Shown here piece by piece: positions 38,650 through 53,074 of a DNA stretch of 64,000 nt. The first letter of the stretch is position 1. Each line of letters begins with the position of its first letter. The notes below the pieces were generated by a model that worked only from the letters and a program-made list of their open reading frames with translations, made no database searches and was not told the DNA's origin. The position numbers and the translations under genes were made by a program. Location: the NCBI RefSeq assembly GCF_006345805.1, contig NC_042999.1:73594001-73658000 (forward strand), read 5' to 3'. Origin of the DNA: Octopus sinensis (lineage: Eukaryota).

Positions 38650-39620
38650 TTGTAGTGCACCTGAGCACTGTACACAATGTTTTATTATTATTATTATCAT
38701 TATTTAAAACTATAATATCATGTCTGGATTAAAACTTTTAAAACCTATAATATACTTCTTAGTTTATAATTAGTATGTAATTAGCATGTCCTATAACATC
38801 AATATTCCTTTAGCTAATACCAGGTATCAGTCTTTATTGATACAAGCTAAATAAGTAAATAAACAATTTTTAGTTTATAATACTTAAATTATTATACATT
38901 TCCTATAAATCTTCTACATTGAAGTTAATAAGCTATATATACTTTTTAGTGATTAAGCTATTTTATTCCTTTTCTATGGTATTCTGCCCTACTTGATCAT
39001 TTTATTATTCTGTAATAGCCTTTACTTATAAGATAAATCTAATTTTTGTAGCCCTATAAATTCATACTTAGCTTATATAAAACAATACCGGTATATTCAC
39101 TACTTAAAATAAACTGTTTAGATTATAATTTAATTAATATATAGTTAGCATGTTGTTTTGCCTCAGTACTCCTTTATTAAATACCAGTAAATACCAATGA
39201 TCAATCTTCACATATACCATCTAATAAGTTAGTATTTAAGTATATAATATGTATAAATATTAAACTATTTCTATGTAATTTCTTTTCCTCCCTCTCTTGT
39301 GATAAAATTTGGTATATACTCAAAAGTATTCAAAAAAATTTCATCCCTTTGCTATAATATTCCTCTTAATAATCTTCTGAATAACCCTAAATTTTAACTT
39401 TATACAATATGGCATTATTGTTTAAAATATTTAACTATAGTACCCCATGATAAAATTTTCCTCTGTATCATTATCAGTGATCTACTTGTGGCTTGCCCCT
39501 TTAATTGTCAGCTAACATCTTGATTTAAGATTTCCTTTACCAAATCTCATTATATTGCTTCAAATTAATCTTAATAGTTTTATGACTATACTCACTATGA
39601 TTTCTGCTGACTCCCTCAGC
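38650..39620 (-). mobile_element. Very old CR1-like RT/3' fragment
   Basis: Faint MLAD.., IMRFG and RATK-like motifs in AT-rich sequence. Confidence 0.3.
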
Positions 39621-40475
39621 CTGCTTCCTAACAGACATGGCTCCTTGTTCTTTGGCCTTAGATTTTGATATACAAAGGTTTGATAAACAGGACTATAAAT
39701 TAAAATTGACCCCAAAAAACAGTAACAAGCTAGATCTCTAACAAGTCTTTTTTCCTGATACCTTAGTAGCTTCTAAGCTGAAGCAAAGACAACATGTTCT
39801 TTGTCTATCTCCTTACCTTCTTGGAAGTTTTACGTAAAATTATACTAATGTGTCCATCTGTTTTAATTTAATTTAATTTTATGTCTTTATGCAACTGAAG
39901 ATTGCTCTACATTTTAAATTGATGTAATGAAATGATTGCATTGTTCAATTAAATGGAGTTGCTTGAAACAATTGTACTGCATTACCTCTGGATACCCTTG
40001 TTGCTTATTTTAATACAAATATACATATATGTACAGATATGCGTATATATAGATGTACATGTATAAATATATTTATATACACATATGCATATATAGAGAC
40101 ATACGTATATAAATGGAGGTGCAATGGACCAGTGGTTAGGACAGTGAACTCACGTTCGAGGGATCATGGTTTTGCTTCCCAGACCAGGTGTCATGAGTGT
40201 TTATTGAGCGAAAACACCTAAAGCTCCATGAGACTCCAGCAGGGGGTGGTGGCGAACCCTGCTGTACTCTTCCACAACTTTCTCTCACTCTTTCTTTCGG
40301 TTTCTGTTGTACCTGTATTTCAAAGGGCCAGCCTTGTCACACACTGTGTCACGCTGAATCTCCCCAAGAACTATGCTAAGGGTAATCGTGTCTGAGGAGT
40401 GCTCAGCCACTTGCATGTTAATTTCATGAGCAGGTTGTTCTGGAACTACCGTCGTCCTAACCGATGGAGTGCTAA

Positions 40476-40517
<42 letters not shown>

Positions 40518-40716
40518 ATTTTTTATAGGTTTCAGCAAGAGGCTGAGGCCATAATGGTGCACCGCCTTCACTGAATCTGGCGATTTTTTCAGTATTGAAA
40601 TAGCGGGTGTACAAACATATATATGCACACATATACATAAATTCAGGTGGTGCTATTAAGTTAGATATAGCCTAGACCAATCTTTCATTGAAACATATCT
40701 AAGTTTATATAAATAC

Positions 40717-40747
<31 letters not shown>

Positions 40748-40774
40748 ATATATATACACACATATGTACACACA

Positions 40775-43290
40775 TATATATTTTAACACCCAGTCGTAGT
40801 ATTGTAGGGGCTGTGTCAGACAGCTTCTACCAGGACGAAATCCATGCTGGGTGTCAGTCAGCAAGTCATTTTCTTCTAGGAATGTGATTAGTTTCTTGCA
40901 GACTATTTGTTCCATCACTTTACTCATGTGTGAGATCAGAGAGATAGGCCTATAATTTTTAGCATCTACTCCACTTCCTCCCTTATGGATAGGGCATATT
41001 ATCCCTTCTGTCAGTTTGTCTGGGAGCTTACCACTTGCAAGGAAGCTCTGGAAGAGAAGCTGCAGTGGTTTTGTAGGACCGCTGGGAACCCATCTGGGCC
41101 AGTTGCCGAGTTTGTGTCAACCTCGTCTATGGCCAGCATTACAAAGTTTATGCATTCAATTTTTTTTTTAACCTCTTTGGTTTTAGGTAATGTGGCAAAG
41201 AAATCCGCTGGTTTGTTCACTTGCCTGTGTTCCAGCGGTGTAGCGAACATACTTTGGAACTGTTCAGTCAGTATTTCACTTACCCTCATGGGGTTTCCAG
41301 TGAGGGAGCCATCTTTTTGGAAGAGGGGTCCTATCTTGTGGCGTATTGAGGCTGTTTCTTTGGCAAACTTAAAGAAAACATTAGGGTTTGACTTGATATT
41401 TTCTATAATCCAAGCTTCTTTATTTGCTCTCTCCTTTTCATGAGACTGATGCAGATGTTTCTCAATTTCGAATAGCACTCTCTCCGGGCAAGACTTCTTG
41501 CCCACTTTGGGCAGTTTGCAATCTTTGTCCTTTCTCTGGGGATCCTGTTTTTGTGTATGTTGACCTTGTACAATGGGACAGATTTGTCATATATGGCTTG
41601 TATTATGGACATGAAATGTTTGTGTTTCAGTCAATGTCTAGTGTGGAGAGATATTTAGGCCAATCCTGTTTGAGGATCTCTCAATCAGCTTCCAATTTGC
41701 TTTGTGAAAATTTAGTTTGGAGAAATTTTGGGTGCTTTGTATAGGCTTTGTATGTCTCCTGGAGCTTTTGGCCCATATATAGACAGCTCTATTATATTGT
41801 GATCCGAGATCAGTGTCGGTGTCACTTTAACATTATGGATAATGTCCATATTGTTTGTGAAGCAGACAACCAGTATATTATTTACCCTGGCTGGTTGCAG
41901 CATGACTTGTTCCATGAAAGAGGCATTGGCAAGGTGGAACAGGGACTCTACCTGTGCTTGCTGTTGGTGTGTCATTCCTGGGAGAATCTGGCCCCCAGGC
42001 CATTCCATGTTTGGGAAGTTAAAGTCGCCCATAAGAAATACATTAATGTGTTGTTCCAGTTTGTTGAGAACTTTTCCTATCTTTGCTAGGCAGTCTTCAA
42101 ATTTGCCTGTATGACTCGGAGCATCTAGTGGGTGATATGTAGTACATATAACACTATTAAGTTGTCTTGTGTGTACAATTTGAGTGTCACATACTAAATA
42201 TGGCAGCAGGACCTGGGGCATGAGGTCCTCTTGGATGTTCACAGCAACTCCACTATGGCTCTTTTCCTTTTTATGTGAGCGTATGAAAACATATTGTGGT
42301 ATATGTATTTCCACATCACCTATATCAGGTTTAAGATGTGTTTCTACAAGTTCCATGCATAAAGCTTGATTTCATGCTGCAAGGTCTCTCAGGGATGAAA
42401 TTTTTGATTTACAGTTGTCATGCAACAGCCCTCCAACATTCAGAAGAAATATCTTTGTAATGTGTGTGTTGAAGTTAGTGGTGGCCATCCTGTATCTGTT
42501 GTTGGTGGTGGCCTTGTGTGGTGACAGGCATGGTTCCAGGCTTGGGTTTGAAGCCAGGTCAATTACAGGACAATTTTTTGTGCCATGCACAAAAAAGATT
42601 GCTGTTCAGCTGCCACCCTTTTCACACCTGGGTGAAGCTGGCCATTGCTGGGCCACATCTGCATATCATCTTTTAGAAGTAGACTGTGCTATTCTTACTT
42701 CTTTCGTGCCTTTCCATTTGTCCTCCTCAGGGAAGGGAGTGTTGTCTGGGGCCCATGTTGTTTTGGCAGGGCTTCAGGTGTGCAAAGCGACAATTTGCAC
42801 TATCAACGTACCAGCAGTATCCTTGCAGGTAGAATTAGCAAGTGCTCCTGCCTTTGCCCTTCCAACTCCTGTAGCTTCTGTTAGTACCATTTCCATTTTG
42901 GGCCAGCATTTACGGTTGTTTCTTCTTTCTTTTCTTTGATTCATCATTGCTTTTGACAGCTTTTATTTTGTTGGGTTTGTCTTCATCTTTTCCTCTTTTG
43001 TCTTCTGACGTGTTGGGGGCCGTGCATGTATCATTATTTCCCTTAGTTGCAGTCCCCTCAAACATCACTTCTGCTTTCTTTTGAGAGATGGTTAGGCCCT
43101 GGAGGGTTCTTCCATTCTTTTTGTCGTCATTGGGGCAGTTTCCTCCCATGATGATGTCAAGTGTGTCTATATGTTGTCAAATTAAAGTATAAGAATGGAG
43201 AAATTCGCATCTTATTTTTCCGTTGTATCTGGGCTGTGGTTCTAGAGAAGTTATTACTTCTGCTGCTGCAATAATGTTGTTGGGTGGATC
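40775..43290 (-). mobile_element. CR1-like LINE, 5' half (ORF1 with CCCH finger, AP endonuclease, RT N-terminus)
   Basis: KIFLLNVGGL, LVETHL, MGDFNFP, ISDHNII, SATGPDGFP and QHGFRPGRSCLTQ, with stops and frameshifts. Confidence 0.92.
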
Positions 43291-43307
43291 AAATATATAT
43301 ATATATA

Positions 43308-46300
43308 CCTCGTTGACGAATGATAGGGACCTTCACTTTGTGGCTGGTGACTTCAATGGACATGTTGAACAACATACAGGGGGCTTCCATGGCGTGCATG
43401 GAGGCTACGGTTATGGTTCCCGCAATGAGGAGGAACCAGGCTGCTGGAGTTCTGCGATGCAAATGATCTTATGGTTTGCAATACTAACTTCAGGAAACCT
43501 ACCAGTCACCTAGTCACCTACTGATCGGGCCAACATGCTAGCCAAATTGACTACATCCTTGCCAGAAAAAGGGAAAGATGGCTGCTTATAAATGCCAAAA
43601 CCTTCCCGGGCGAAGAATGTACCCCACAACATAGACTGGTAGTTAGTGACTTTAGGATCAGGTCTAAGTGGATGCTTAGAAGACGACCAGCCTGGAGAAG
43701 AAGGGTCTGGAAGCTTAAAGATCCTGCAAATTGACAGAGATTTAGAGACATATTACTCGAAGCCGTTGACGAAATAGAAGGGGATATAGCTTCACATGGT
43801 GTAGAAGACAACTAGAGGTTTCTATGGGACAACCTGCTGAGAGCCACTGACCAGATCTGTTGATGGTGCAAAGTCCCCTCTCAACCCAAAATAACGTGGT
43901 GGTAGAACAATGTTGTAGACAGGGCTACTAGAGAAAAGAAACAGGCTTGTAAAGACTGGAAGGACAGAGGTAGTAGCGAACTGTAACAGACTGCCAGAAG
44001 AGAAGCTAGGAGACAGGTTTATTTAGCCAGAGGGGAAGCAGATAAGAAAAAATTTGCCAATGTTCTGCACCGTGAGGACCAAAGACTTGAGGTATTTCAT
44101 GTTGCAAGACAGTGTGTAAGAGAGAATCATGATGTGGTAGGAGAGAAATATGTCTGCATGGATGATGGTTCTCTTGCGCTAAATGGGGCTGCAAAGAGAG
44201 AGGTTTGGAGACGCCACTATGAAAGGTTGCTGAATAAAGAAAATGAATGGGAGAAAGAGAGTCTGCCGAATGCCGACCCAACAGAGGGACCAGCTATCTG
44301 AGGTGACAGTACCTTGGTAGATAAAGCAATTAAAAGTATGAAGACTGGGAAAGTCCCCAGCCCATCAGGAATTACTGCAGAGATGCTCAAAATATCTGGC
44401 AGTGTCGGCTATAGCCTAGTCACCTGTATAGTTAACCAAGTGATACAGGAAGGAGTCATACCCAATGACTGGTGTAGCAGCATAATAGTCAACTGCTACA
44501 AAGGTGAAGGTGACGCTTTAGATACAAATATTTACAGAGGTATCAAGCTGTTGGATCAGGTAATGAAGGTCACAGAGAGGGTCATAGCCCAACTAATTAA
44601 GGAGAGTATCAGTTTGGATGAGATGCAGTTTGATTTCGTGCCAGGGAAAAGCACCACTGATGCTATATTTCTGGTAAGACAGCTGCAGGAGAAATACTTA
44701 GCCAAAGATAAACCTCTGTACCTGGCTTTTGTTGACGTGGAGAAAGCCTTTGACAGGGTCCCCCAATCCCTTATCTGGTGGTCAATGAAGTAACTAGGGA
44801 TAGATGAATGATTAGTGAGAGCTATGAAAGCCATATACAGGGACGCTGTCAGTAAGGTGAGGGTTGGCAACGAGTACAGTGAAGAATTCAGGGTGGAGGT
44901 AGGGGTCCACCAAGGTTCAGTCCGTAGCCCCCTCCTATTTATTATAGTCCTCCAGGCAATAACAGAGGAATTCAAGACAGGATGCCCCTGGGAGCTCCTG
45001 CATGCTGATGACCTTGCTCTAATTGCTGAGTCACTATCAGAACTAGAGAAGTTTCAAGTGTGGAAACAAGTATTAGAATCGAAGGGCCCTAGAATCAACC
45101 TAGCTAAAACCAAAGTCCTAATAAGTAGGAAGGCAGGCAAACCACAAATCCCTTCAGGTAGATGGCCCTGCTCGATCTGTAGAAAAGACGTAGGTAGAAA
45201 CTCGATAAGATGTATCCAGTGTAAGCTATGGACACATAAGAGGTACAGCAATATCAAAGGAAGGATAACTGGGAGGATAGTTTTTGTATGTGGCAGATGC
45301 TCGGGAGCAACAAATAACACTGAAAATGTGCAGAGAATAACTTCTGCCACATTCCAGAAGTAGTTGATAGCTTCCGTTACCTAGGTGACCAAGTCAGTAG
45401 CGAGATAGGGGGCACTGAAAGTGTAGCTGCTAGAATAAGAATAGCCTGGACGAAGTTCAGAGAGCTCTTACCACTGCTGGTGACAAAGGGCCTCTTGCTC
45501 AGAGTAAAAGGTAGACTGTATGATGCATGTGTATGGACAGCCATGCTACATGGCAGTGAAACATGGGCCGTGACTGCTGAGGACATGCGTAAGCTCACAA
45601 GGAATGAAGCCAACATGCTCCACTGGATGTGTAATGTCAGTGTGCATACTCAACAGAGTGTTAGTGCCTTGAGAGAAAGGTTGGACTTAAGAAGCATCAG
45701 ATGTGGTGTGCAAGAGAGACAACTGCACTGGTATGGTCATGTGGCAAGAATGGCTGTGGATAGCTGTGTGAAAAAGTGTCACACCCTAGCAGTTGAGGAA
45801 ACCTGTGAAAGAGGTAGACCCATGAAGACATGGGATGAGGTGGTTAAGCATGACCTTCGAACATTGGGCCTCACCGAGGCAATGACTAGTGACCGGGACC
45901 TCTGGAAATATGCTGTGCTTGAGAAGACTTGGCAAGTGCAAGTGAGACCATAACCTTGTGGCCTATGCTAGGGGTGTAATCAGTCCACTTATGCATGCCT
46001 TTCCTTCATTGGACACTAAACTCTGCTTGCAGACCTGTTGAGGCAAGTGAAATCGAAATCAAATTCGATGACTGGCACCCATGCTAGTGGAGCAGTAAGA
46101 GTACAAGTGAGATCGTTGCCAGAGCAACAAGCTGGCCTCCGTGCAGATGGCATGGTAAAAATACCATTCGAGCGTGATCGTTACCTGCGTCACCTTACTA
46201 GCACTTGTGCTGGTGGCACATGAAAAAAACATTCGAGCGAGGTCATTGCCAGTGCCGCTGGACTGGCTCCAGTGCAGGTGACACATAAAAAGCACCATTT

Positions 46301-46523
46301 GAGCATGGCTGTCGCCAGTACCACCTAACTGGCCCTCATGCCAGTGGTACGTAAAAGCACCCACTACACTCTCAGAGTGGTTGGCGTTAGGAAGGGTATC
46401 CAGCTGTAGAAACTCTGCCAGATCAGATTGGAGTCTGGGGCAATCATCTGGTTCACCAAACCTCAGTCAAATCGTCCAAACATTCTAGCATTGAAAGCGG
46501 ACGTTAAACGATGATGATGATGA
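43308..46523 (+). mobile_element. 5'-truncated RTE LINE (endonuclease end, RT, PHD finger, ~570-bp repetitive 3' UTR, (TGA)n tail)
   Basis: AGDFNGHV, QIDYIL, PQHRLVV, YRGIKLL, FVDVEKAFDRVP, GVHQG, LLHADD. Disrupted by stops and frameshifts. Confidence 0.96.
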
Positions 46524-46529
46524 TATAAA

Positions 46530-47011
46530 TATATATACATATATAAATATATTCATATAAACATATATAAAAATATATATACATATAAACATATAAATAT
46601 AGAAATATATATGTATACATATGTACATTATATATATATATATATATACATGTATATGTACATTATATATATATATATATACATGTATATGTACATTATA
46701 TATATATATATATACATGTATATGTACATTATATATATATATACATGTATATGTACATTATATATATATACATGTATATGTACATTATATATATATGTAT
46801 ATGTACATTATATATATATGTATATGTACATTATATATATATGTATATGTACATTATATATATATGTATATGTACATTATATATATATATATACATGTAT
46901 ATGTACATTATATATACATGTATATGTACATTATATATATATGTATATGTACATTATATATATATGTATATGTACATTATATATATAATATACATGTATA
47001 TGTACATTATA

Positions 47012-47042
<31 letters not shown>

Positions 47043-47089
47043 TATACATACACACATACATACTTACACAAATATAGACATACATATGA

Positions 47090-47124
<35 letters not shown>

Positions 47125-47150
47125 TAAATATATATACATATAAATATATA
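46530..47150. repeat. AT-rich minisatellite (ACATGTATATGTACATT(AT)n)n
   Basis: Direct inspection. Confidence 0.95.
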
Positions 47151-49268
47151 TCCCTTAAATCCTTAAAAATGTTCCAGCCTGAAGGCTGCAGCCATGCTGG
47201 GCCACTACTGTTGAATGAGCTACACTAGTATGTGAAACCACCTCTGATATGTGGCACTTGGTCAACAAGGGAGTTCGATGCCACTGCCCGCATCTGTGTT
47301 TCCTGCCGAGAGGTAGGTTCATCTGGAACCCCTGACAAGAAGAGATCCAGTTGAGTTTTAAAGAAACCCCATCCACACCATGCAGGTCTCTCAGGCATTT
47401 AGGAAGGATATTGAAGAGCTGTGGTCACCTGAAACCCAAGCTGTTGCAGTATCTGGTTCTGTATTTTGATGGTGATGTTGGGATCTTTGGCACCATGCAG
47501 TGACACCCCGTTCGGCTGTTGGGGTAACTTTGAATCCAAAATTTGGGACAAGATCCTCCAGGATTTTCCAGATGTATATCACTGCATATCTCTCTCGCCT
47601 TTGTTCCAGGGAGAAGAGTTTTAATACTTTCAGTCTTTCCCAGTAGCTAATATGTTACATTAAGACGATCTTCTTAGTGTGGCTTTGTTGGATTACTTCA
47701 AGTTCTGCTGTTAACTTTATATTGTGTAGTGACCACAGTTGGGTGTAGTAGTCCAAGCAACTGAGGACGAATGTCTTCCAAAGGACCATCAGTGTTTCTT
47801 TCTCTCTTGTTCTGAAAGTTCGGAGGATTCATCCAGCTAGCCATCTGCATTTTATTACCAAATTGGCAATATGCACTTGGAAAGATGCATCATTTCTCAT
47901 GTCAATGCCCAGGTCATGCATTGATTTTGACTCAGGAATTGCAATTCTTCCCGAGCCAGTGTATCTGTTCTGCATGTCGTTCAGCTTTGTGTGCCGGTAG
48001 TGCAGGGCTTGGAACTTCCCTGCATTAAACTGCATGTTGTTGTCCTCAGTTGTATCCAACTCCCGTTGCAGATGTGCAATATTTCCAGGGTTTTGTATTG
48101 TATGAGAGACTTTTGTGTCATCTGCATAGCTAGCAAGGGTGGCCATCTTAGCAACTGAGAGCATGTCTGAAAGGGCCACTATGAGCAGCAGTGGCCCCAA
48201 GACAGTGCCCTGTGGAACACCACTTGTTATTTGTGTTTCCTTGGAGGTGACTCCATTGGACACCACTGCCTGCCTTCTATATTTTAGGAAGTTGTGCAGC
48301 CACTCTCCAAGTTTTCTGCCTATGCCGAGATCACACAGTTTGTGACAAATCATACCATGGTCAACTTTATCAAAGGTTTTTGCAAAGTCGAGATATATCA
48401 CATCCACATTTGAGCCATTTAGTAGCTGTTTTAACACTCATTCATAGTGTTGCAGGAGCTGTGTTAGACAGCTACTACTTGGTCGAAATCCATGCTGGGT
48501 GTCAGTCAGCAAGTCATTTTCTTCAAGGAACATGATTAGTTTCTTGCGGACTATTTGTTCCATGACTTTACTGATGTGTAAGGTCTGCTTCCTCTCTTAT
48601 GGATAGGACATATCCCTTCTTTCAATTTGACTGAGAGCTTACCACTTGCAAGAAAGCTCTCAGTTTGTGTCAATCTCATCTATGGCCAGTGTGATACCAT
48701 CATCTTCAATGTTGATGTACTCCATTTTTGCCTATTTGGCTACAGGTAAAGTGGCAAAGAATTCTTCTGGTTTAATTGCCTGTGTCCTAGAGGTGTAGTG
48801 AACACACTTTAGAACTGTTCGTTCAGTATTTCACTTATCCTCATGGGATTTCCTGTGAGGGAACCATCTTTTTGGAAGAGAGGTCCTATCTTCTGGCACA
48901 CTACAACCATCTCTTTGGCAAACTTAAAGAAGGCTTTAGGGTTTGACTTGATATTTTCTATAACCCAAGCTTCATTATCTGCTCTCTACTTTTCATGAGA
49001 CTGATGCAGACTTTTCTCAATTTCCATAGGCATTCTCTCGCGGCAAGACTTCTCACCACTTTTGGTGTGCTTGCTCAGGTGGTTCGCAATCCTTGTCTGT
49101 CGTCTCATAAGAATCTTCCTTTCCCCAGGGATCCTGTTTTTGTGCGTTCTGGCCCTGCACACTGGGACATTTGTCACTTATGGCTTGTATTATGGACATG
49201 AAACGTTTGTGTTTCATAGGCCAATCCTGCTTGAGGATCTCTTTCTCAATTAACTTCCAATTTGCTTT
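47151..49268 (-). mobile_element. 5'-truncated CR1-like LINE with 3' end
   Basis: VIYLDFAKTFDKVDHG, SGVPQGTVLGPLL, SYADDTK, IYIWKILEDLVPNFG. Confidence 0.95.
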
Positions 49269-49283
49269 AAATATACATATATA

Positions 49284-49349
<66 letters not shown>

Positions 49350-49452
49350 CATATACACACATATACATACATATACATATATACACATATACATATACAT
49401 ATAAATATATATACATACACACACACATATATACACATATACATATATATAT

Positions 49453-51820
49453 AGGGCAGGTAACAAATAATATGGATCTCATCCATAATGTGAAAGTGAC
49501 ACCGACGCTACTCTTGGATCACAACATGGTAGAGCTGCCCATGTATGGACTGAAGGAAAGCATGGACATGCAGCCTATAAGAAACTCTCGGAATCTTTCC
49601 AGCTTGAACTTCCATAAGGCAAACTGGGAACAAATTGAGAAAGAGATCCTCAAACAAAACTGGCCTAAATGTCTCTCCTCACTGGACATTAACAATTCAT
49701 GTCTGTAATGCAAGCCATATGCTACAAATGTGTCCCGGAGAGAAAGGCCACTGTACACAAGAACAAAATCCCCAGGGAGAGGAAAATTCTTATGAGACGG
49801 TGTACAAAAGTTTCAAATCACCTAAACAAACAAATTGAAAACAGTGAAGAGTCCCGCCTGAAAATACAACTGCTGGAGATTGAAAAAAATCTGCAACTCT
49901 CCCATGAAAAAGAAAGAGCAGACAAAGAAACCTGAGCTATAGACGATATAAAATCTAACCCCAGAGTTTTCTACAAGTTTGCCAAAGAAACAGCTTTGGT
50001 GCATTGCAGGATACGGCCACTCCTCGAAAAAAATGGTACACTCACAGGAAATCCAATGAGGATAAGTGAAATACTAAATGAGCAATTCAAAAGTATTTTC
50101 ACTCCACTCCTAGGGCACTTTCAAGTCAGCAATCCAACTGACTTCTTTACTACAGCAGATATAAAAACAGAGGCAATAATGATTGATTACATCAATATAA
50201 AGGAAGACAATGTAATAAGGGCTATAGATGAAATGAACCCAAACTCAGCTACTGGCCCTGAAGGATTCCCAGCAATCCTTCTAAAAGTATGTAAGCAAGT
50301 CCTAGCAAGACCACTGCAGTCCCTCTTTCAGAGCTTCCTTGCAACTGGCAAACTTCCAAGAAAACTGAAGGAGGTAGCAGAGTGGAGGCCAAGAACTACA
50401 AACCTATCTCTCTGACCTCACACATCAGCAAGGTCATGGAATGAATAGTCAGAAGAAAACTAATCACCTTCCGTGAAGAAAATGACTTGCTGCCTGACAC
50501 CCAACATGGTTTCCGACCAGGAAGAAGCTGCCTAACTCAGCTCTCACAACACTATGACTGGGTGCTGAAACAGCTGCTCAACCACTCAAATGTGGAAGTG
50601 ATATATCTCGACTTTGCAAAGGCCTTTGATAAAGTCAATCATGGAATGATATGTCACAAACTGCGTGATCTCAGCGTAGTTGGAAAACTGTGAGAATGAC
50701 TTCATGACTTTCTGAAGGATAGAAGTCAGGTGGTAGTAGCTAATGGGGCCACCTCCAATGACATGCAAATAGTGAGCGGTGTTCCATAAGGCACTGTTTT
50801 GGGACCACTACTGTTCATAATGGCCCTCTCAAACATGCCCTCAGCCACACAGAGAGCCACAATCACAAGTTATGCAGATGATACAAAAGTCTCACAGGTA
50901 ATACAGAACCCTGAAGACACTATGCACCTGCAATGTGAGCTGGATGAAATAAACAAGTGGGCTGAAAAGAATAGCATGCAGTTTAATGCGGAAAAGTTTC
51001 AAGCCTTGAGCTATCAGCATGCAAAACTAAATGCAATACTCAATAAATATACTAGACTTGGAGGGATTGCAATTCCAGAGGCAGTCAGTGCGAGACCTGG
51101 GCATTTACATGAGTAATGATGCAACCTTTCATGTGCATGTTGCTAAATTGGCAATGAAATGCAGGTGGTTGACCGGATGTATTCTTAGAACAAGAGACCA
51201 GGAAACCATGATGGTCCTCTGGAGGACACTTGTCCTAAGCCACTTTGACCAGTGCTCTCAGCTATGGTCACCAAGCAGTGTCAAATTAATCTCAGAACTT
51301 GAGGCAATCCAACAAAGCTACACAAAGAAGATAGCCTCTATGCAGCATATAAGCTTTTGGGAAAGACTCAAGAGATTACGACTCTATTCCTTAGAGTGTA
51401 GGCAAGAAAGATATGCCATAATATAAATCTGGAAGGACTTGTCCCAAACTTTGGCATCGAGAGTTACACAAATACTAGAACTGGGTGCCACTGCATAGTG
51501 CCAAGGACTCCAAATTTACCATCAAGATGTATGAAAAGATACTGCAATAGTCTGGGCTTCAGAGGTCCACAGCTCTTCAATATCCTCCCGAAGGACCTGA
51601 GAGACCTGCATGGGATGGATTTAGGGGTCTTCAAAACAAAAACTGGACCTCTTCCTGTCAGGTGTCCCAGATGAACCAACTTCGTGGCAGGAGATGCAGA
51701 TGAGGGCAGCTACATCAAACTCTCTCATGCACCAAATGTCAATTCCTAAAAAGCATATGTAAAGTAGAATTATGTGGTGATGCCCCAGCATGGCCACAAC
51801 TCATGAGCTGAAACTAGATC
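49453..51820 (+). mobile_element. 5'-truncated CR1-like LINE with 3' end
   Basis: [56 protein letters not shown]. Confidence 0.95.
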
Positions 51821-51928
51821 AATATATATATATATATATATATATATAGATAGATACACATATATACAGATAGATACACATATATACATATATATATATA
51901 TACAGATAGATACACATATATACATATA

Positions 51929-52313
51929 TCTCTCTATATATAAACGGCAGTTTGTCTGTGTGTGTTTCTGTGTGTCTGTTTTCTCGTACCCTCACCCTGA
52001 CCACGGCTTTCAACCGATTCTGATGAAACTTGACACACACATAGCCCAATGTCATAATTCAAAACTAACGCAGCGAAAATTTTGAAAAGTTCCCCCAGTT
52101 CTGAAAAAAATCGATAAATTCGACATGGGGTCGAGAATGAGAAACCCAAACCACAGACCGTCTAGGGGACGCAACTCCACCTGTTTTAACTCTCAAAAAA
52201 AATTTACCATCATTTTTTTTCCATTTTTTTGCTATTTTTTGGCTATAACTCTCTAAAAATGCTTTATAGTTATTTCCCTTACAAATCTGAGCAACGCCGG
52301 GCGATACTGCTAG
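51929..52313 (+). mobile_element. Non-autonomous Helitron inserted in a minisatellite
   Basis: A|TC..TATATATAAA start and gcaacgccgggcgatactgCTAG|T end. The same minisatellite lies on both flanks and there is no TSD. Confidence 0.8.
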
Positions 52314-52736
52314 TATATATATATACAGATAGATACACATATATACATATATATATATATACAGATAGATACACATATATACATATATACAGATAGATAC
52401 ACATATATACATATATATATATATACAGATAGATACACATATATACATATATATATATACAGATAGATACACATATATACATATATATATATATATACAC
52501 ACATATACATATATATATATACAGATAGATACACATATATACATATATATATATATATACACACATATGCATACACATATATATATACATATATATATAA
52601 ATACACACATGCATACACATATATATATACATATATATATATAAATACACATATAGATATATACACTCACACACACACATATATATATATATATATACAT
52701 ATATGTATATACACATACACACACTATTTCTCATAT

Positions 52737-52784
<48 letters not shown>

Positions 52785-53074
52785 TATATATACAAATATA
52801 TATATATATATATACATACATACATATATATATATATATCGTTAATCAAATATATTCAATGAGAATACAATATACTGAACTTTTTAACATGTGCTCTTTG
52901 TAGGGAAATGTGTAAAACTTTAAAGTATTTAGACATTTAATAACAGTGATTGTAAGTGCAGGAAAATTACATAAAAAAAATAATCACAGAAGATATAAGT
53001 CCAGAATAATGTATTAGTAGATAGTTGTATAAATATATAAAGCGTGACTATTTAAAAGGTTTAAAAGTTTATAG

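Noticed and set aside
47151-51820. Single LINE with a twin-priming 5' inversion
   Set aside because: Both halves have their own 3' ends, overlap in element coordinates and are clearly divergent, so they are two insertions.
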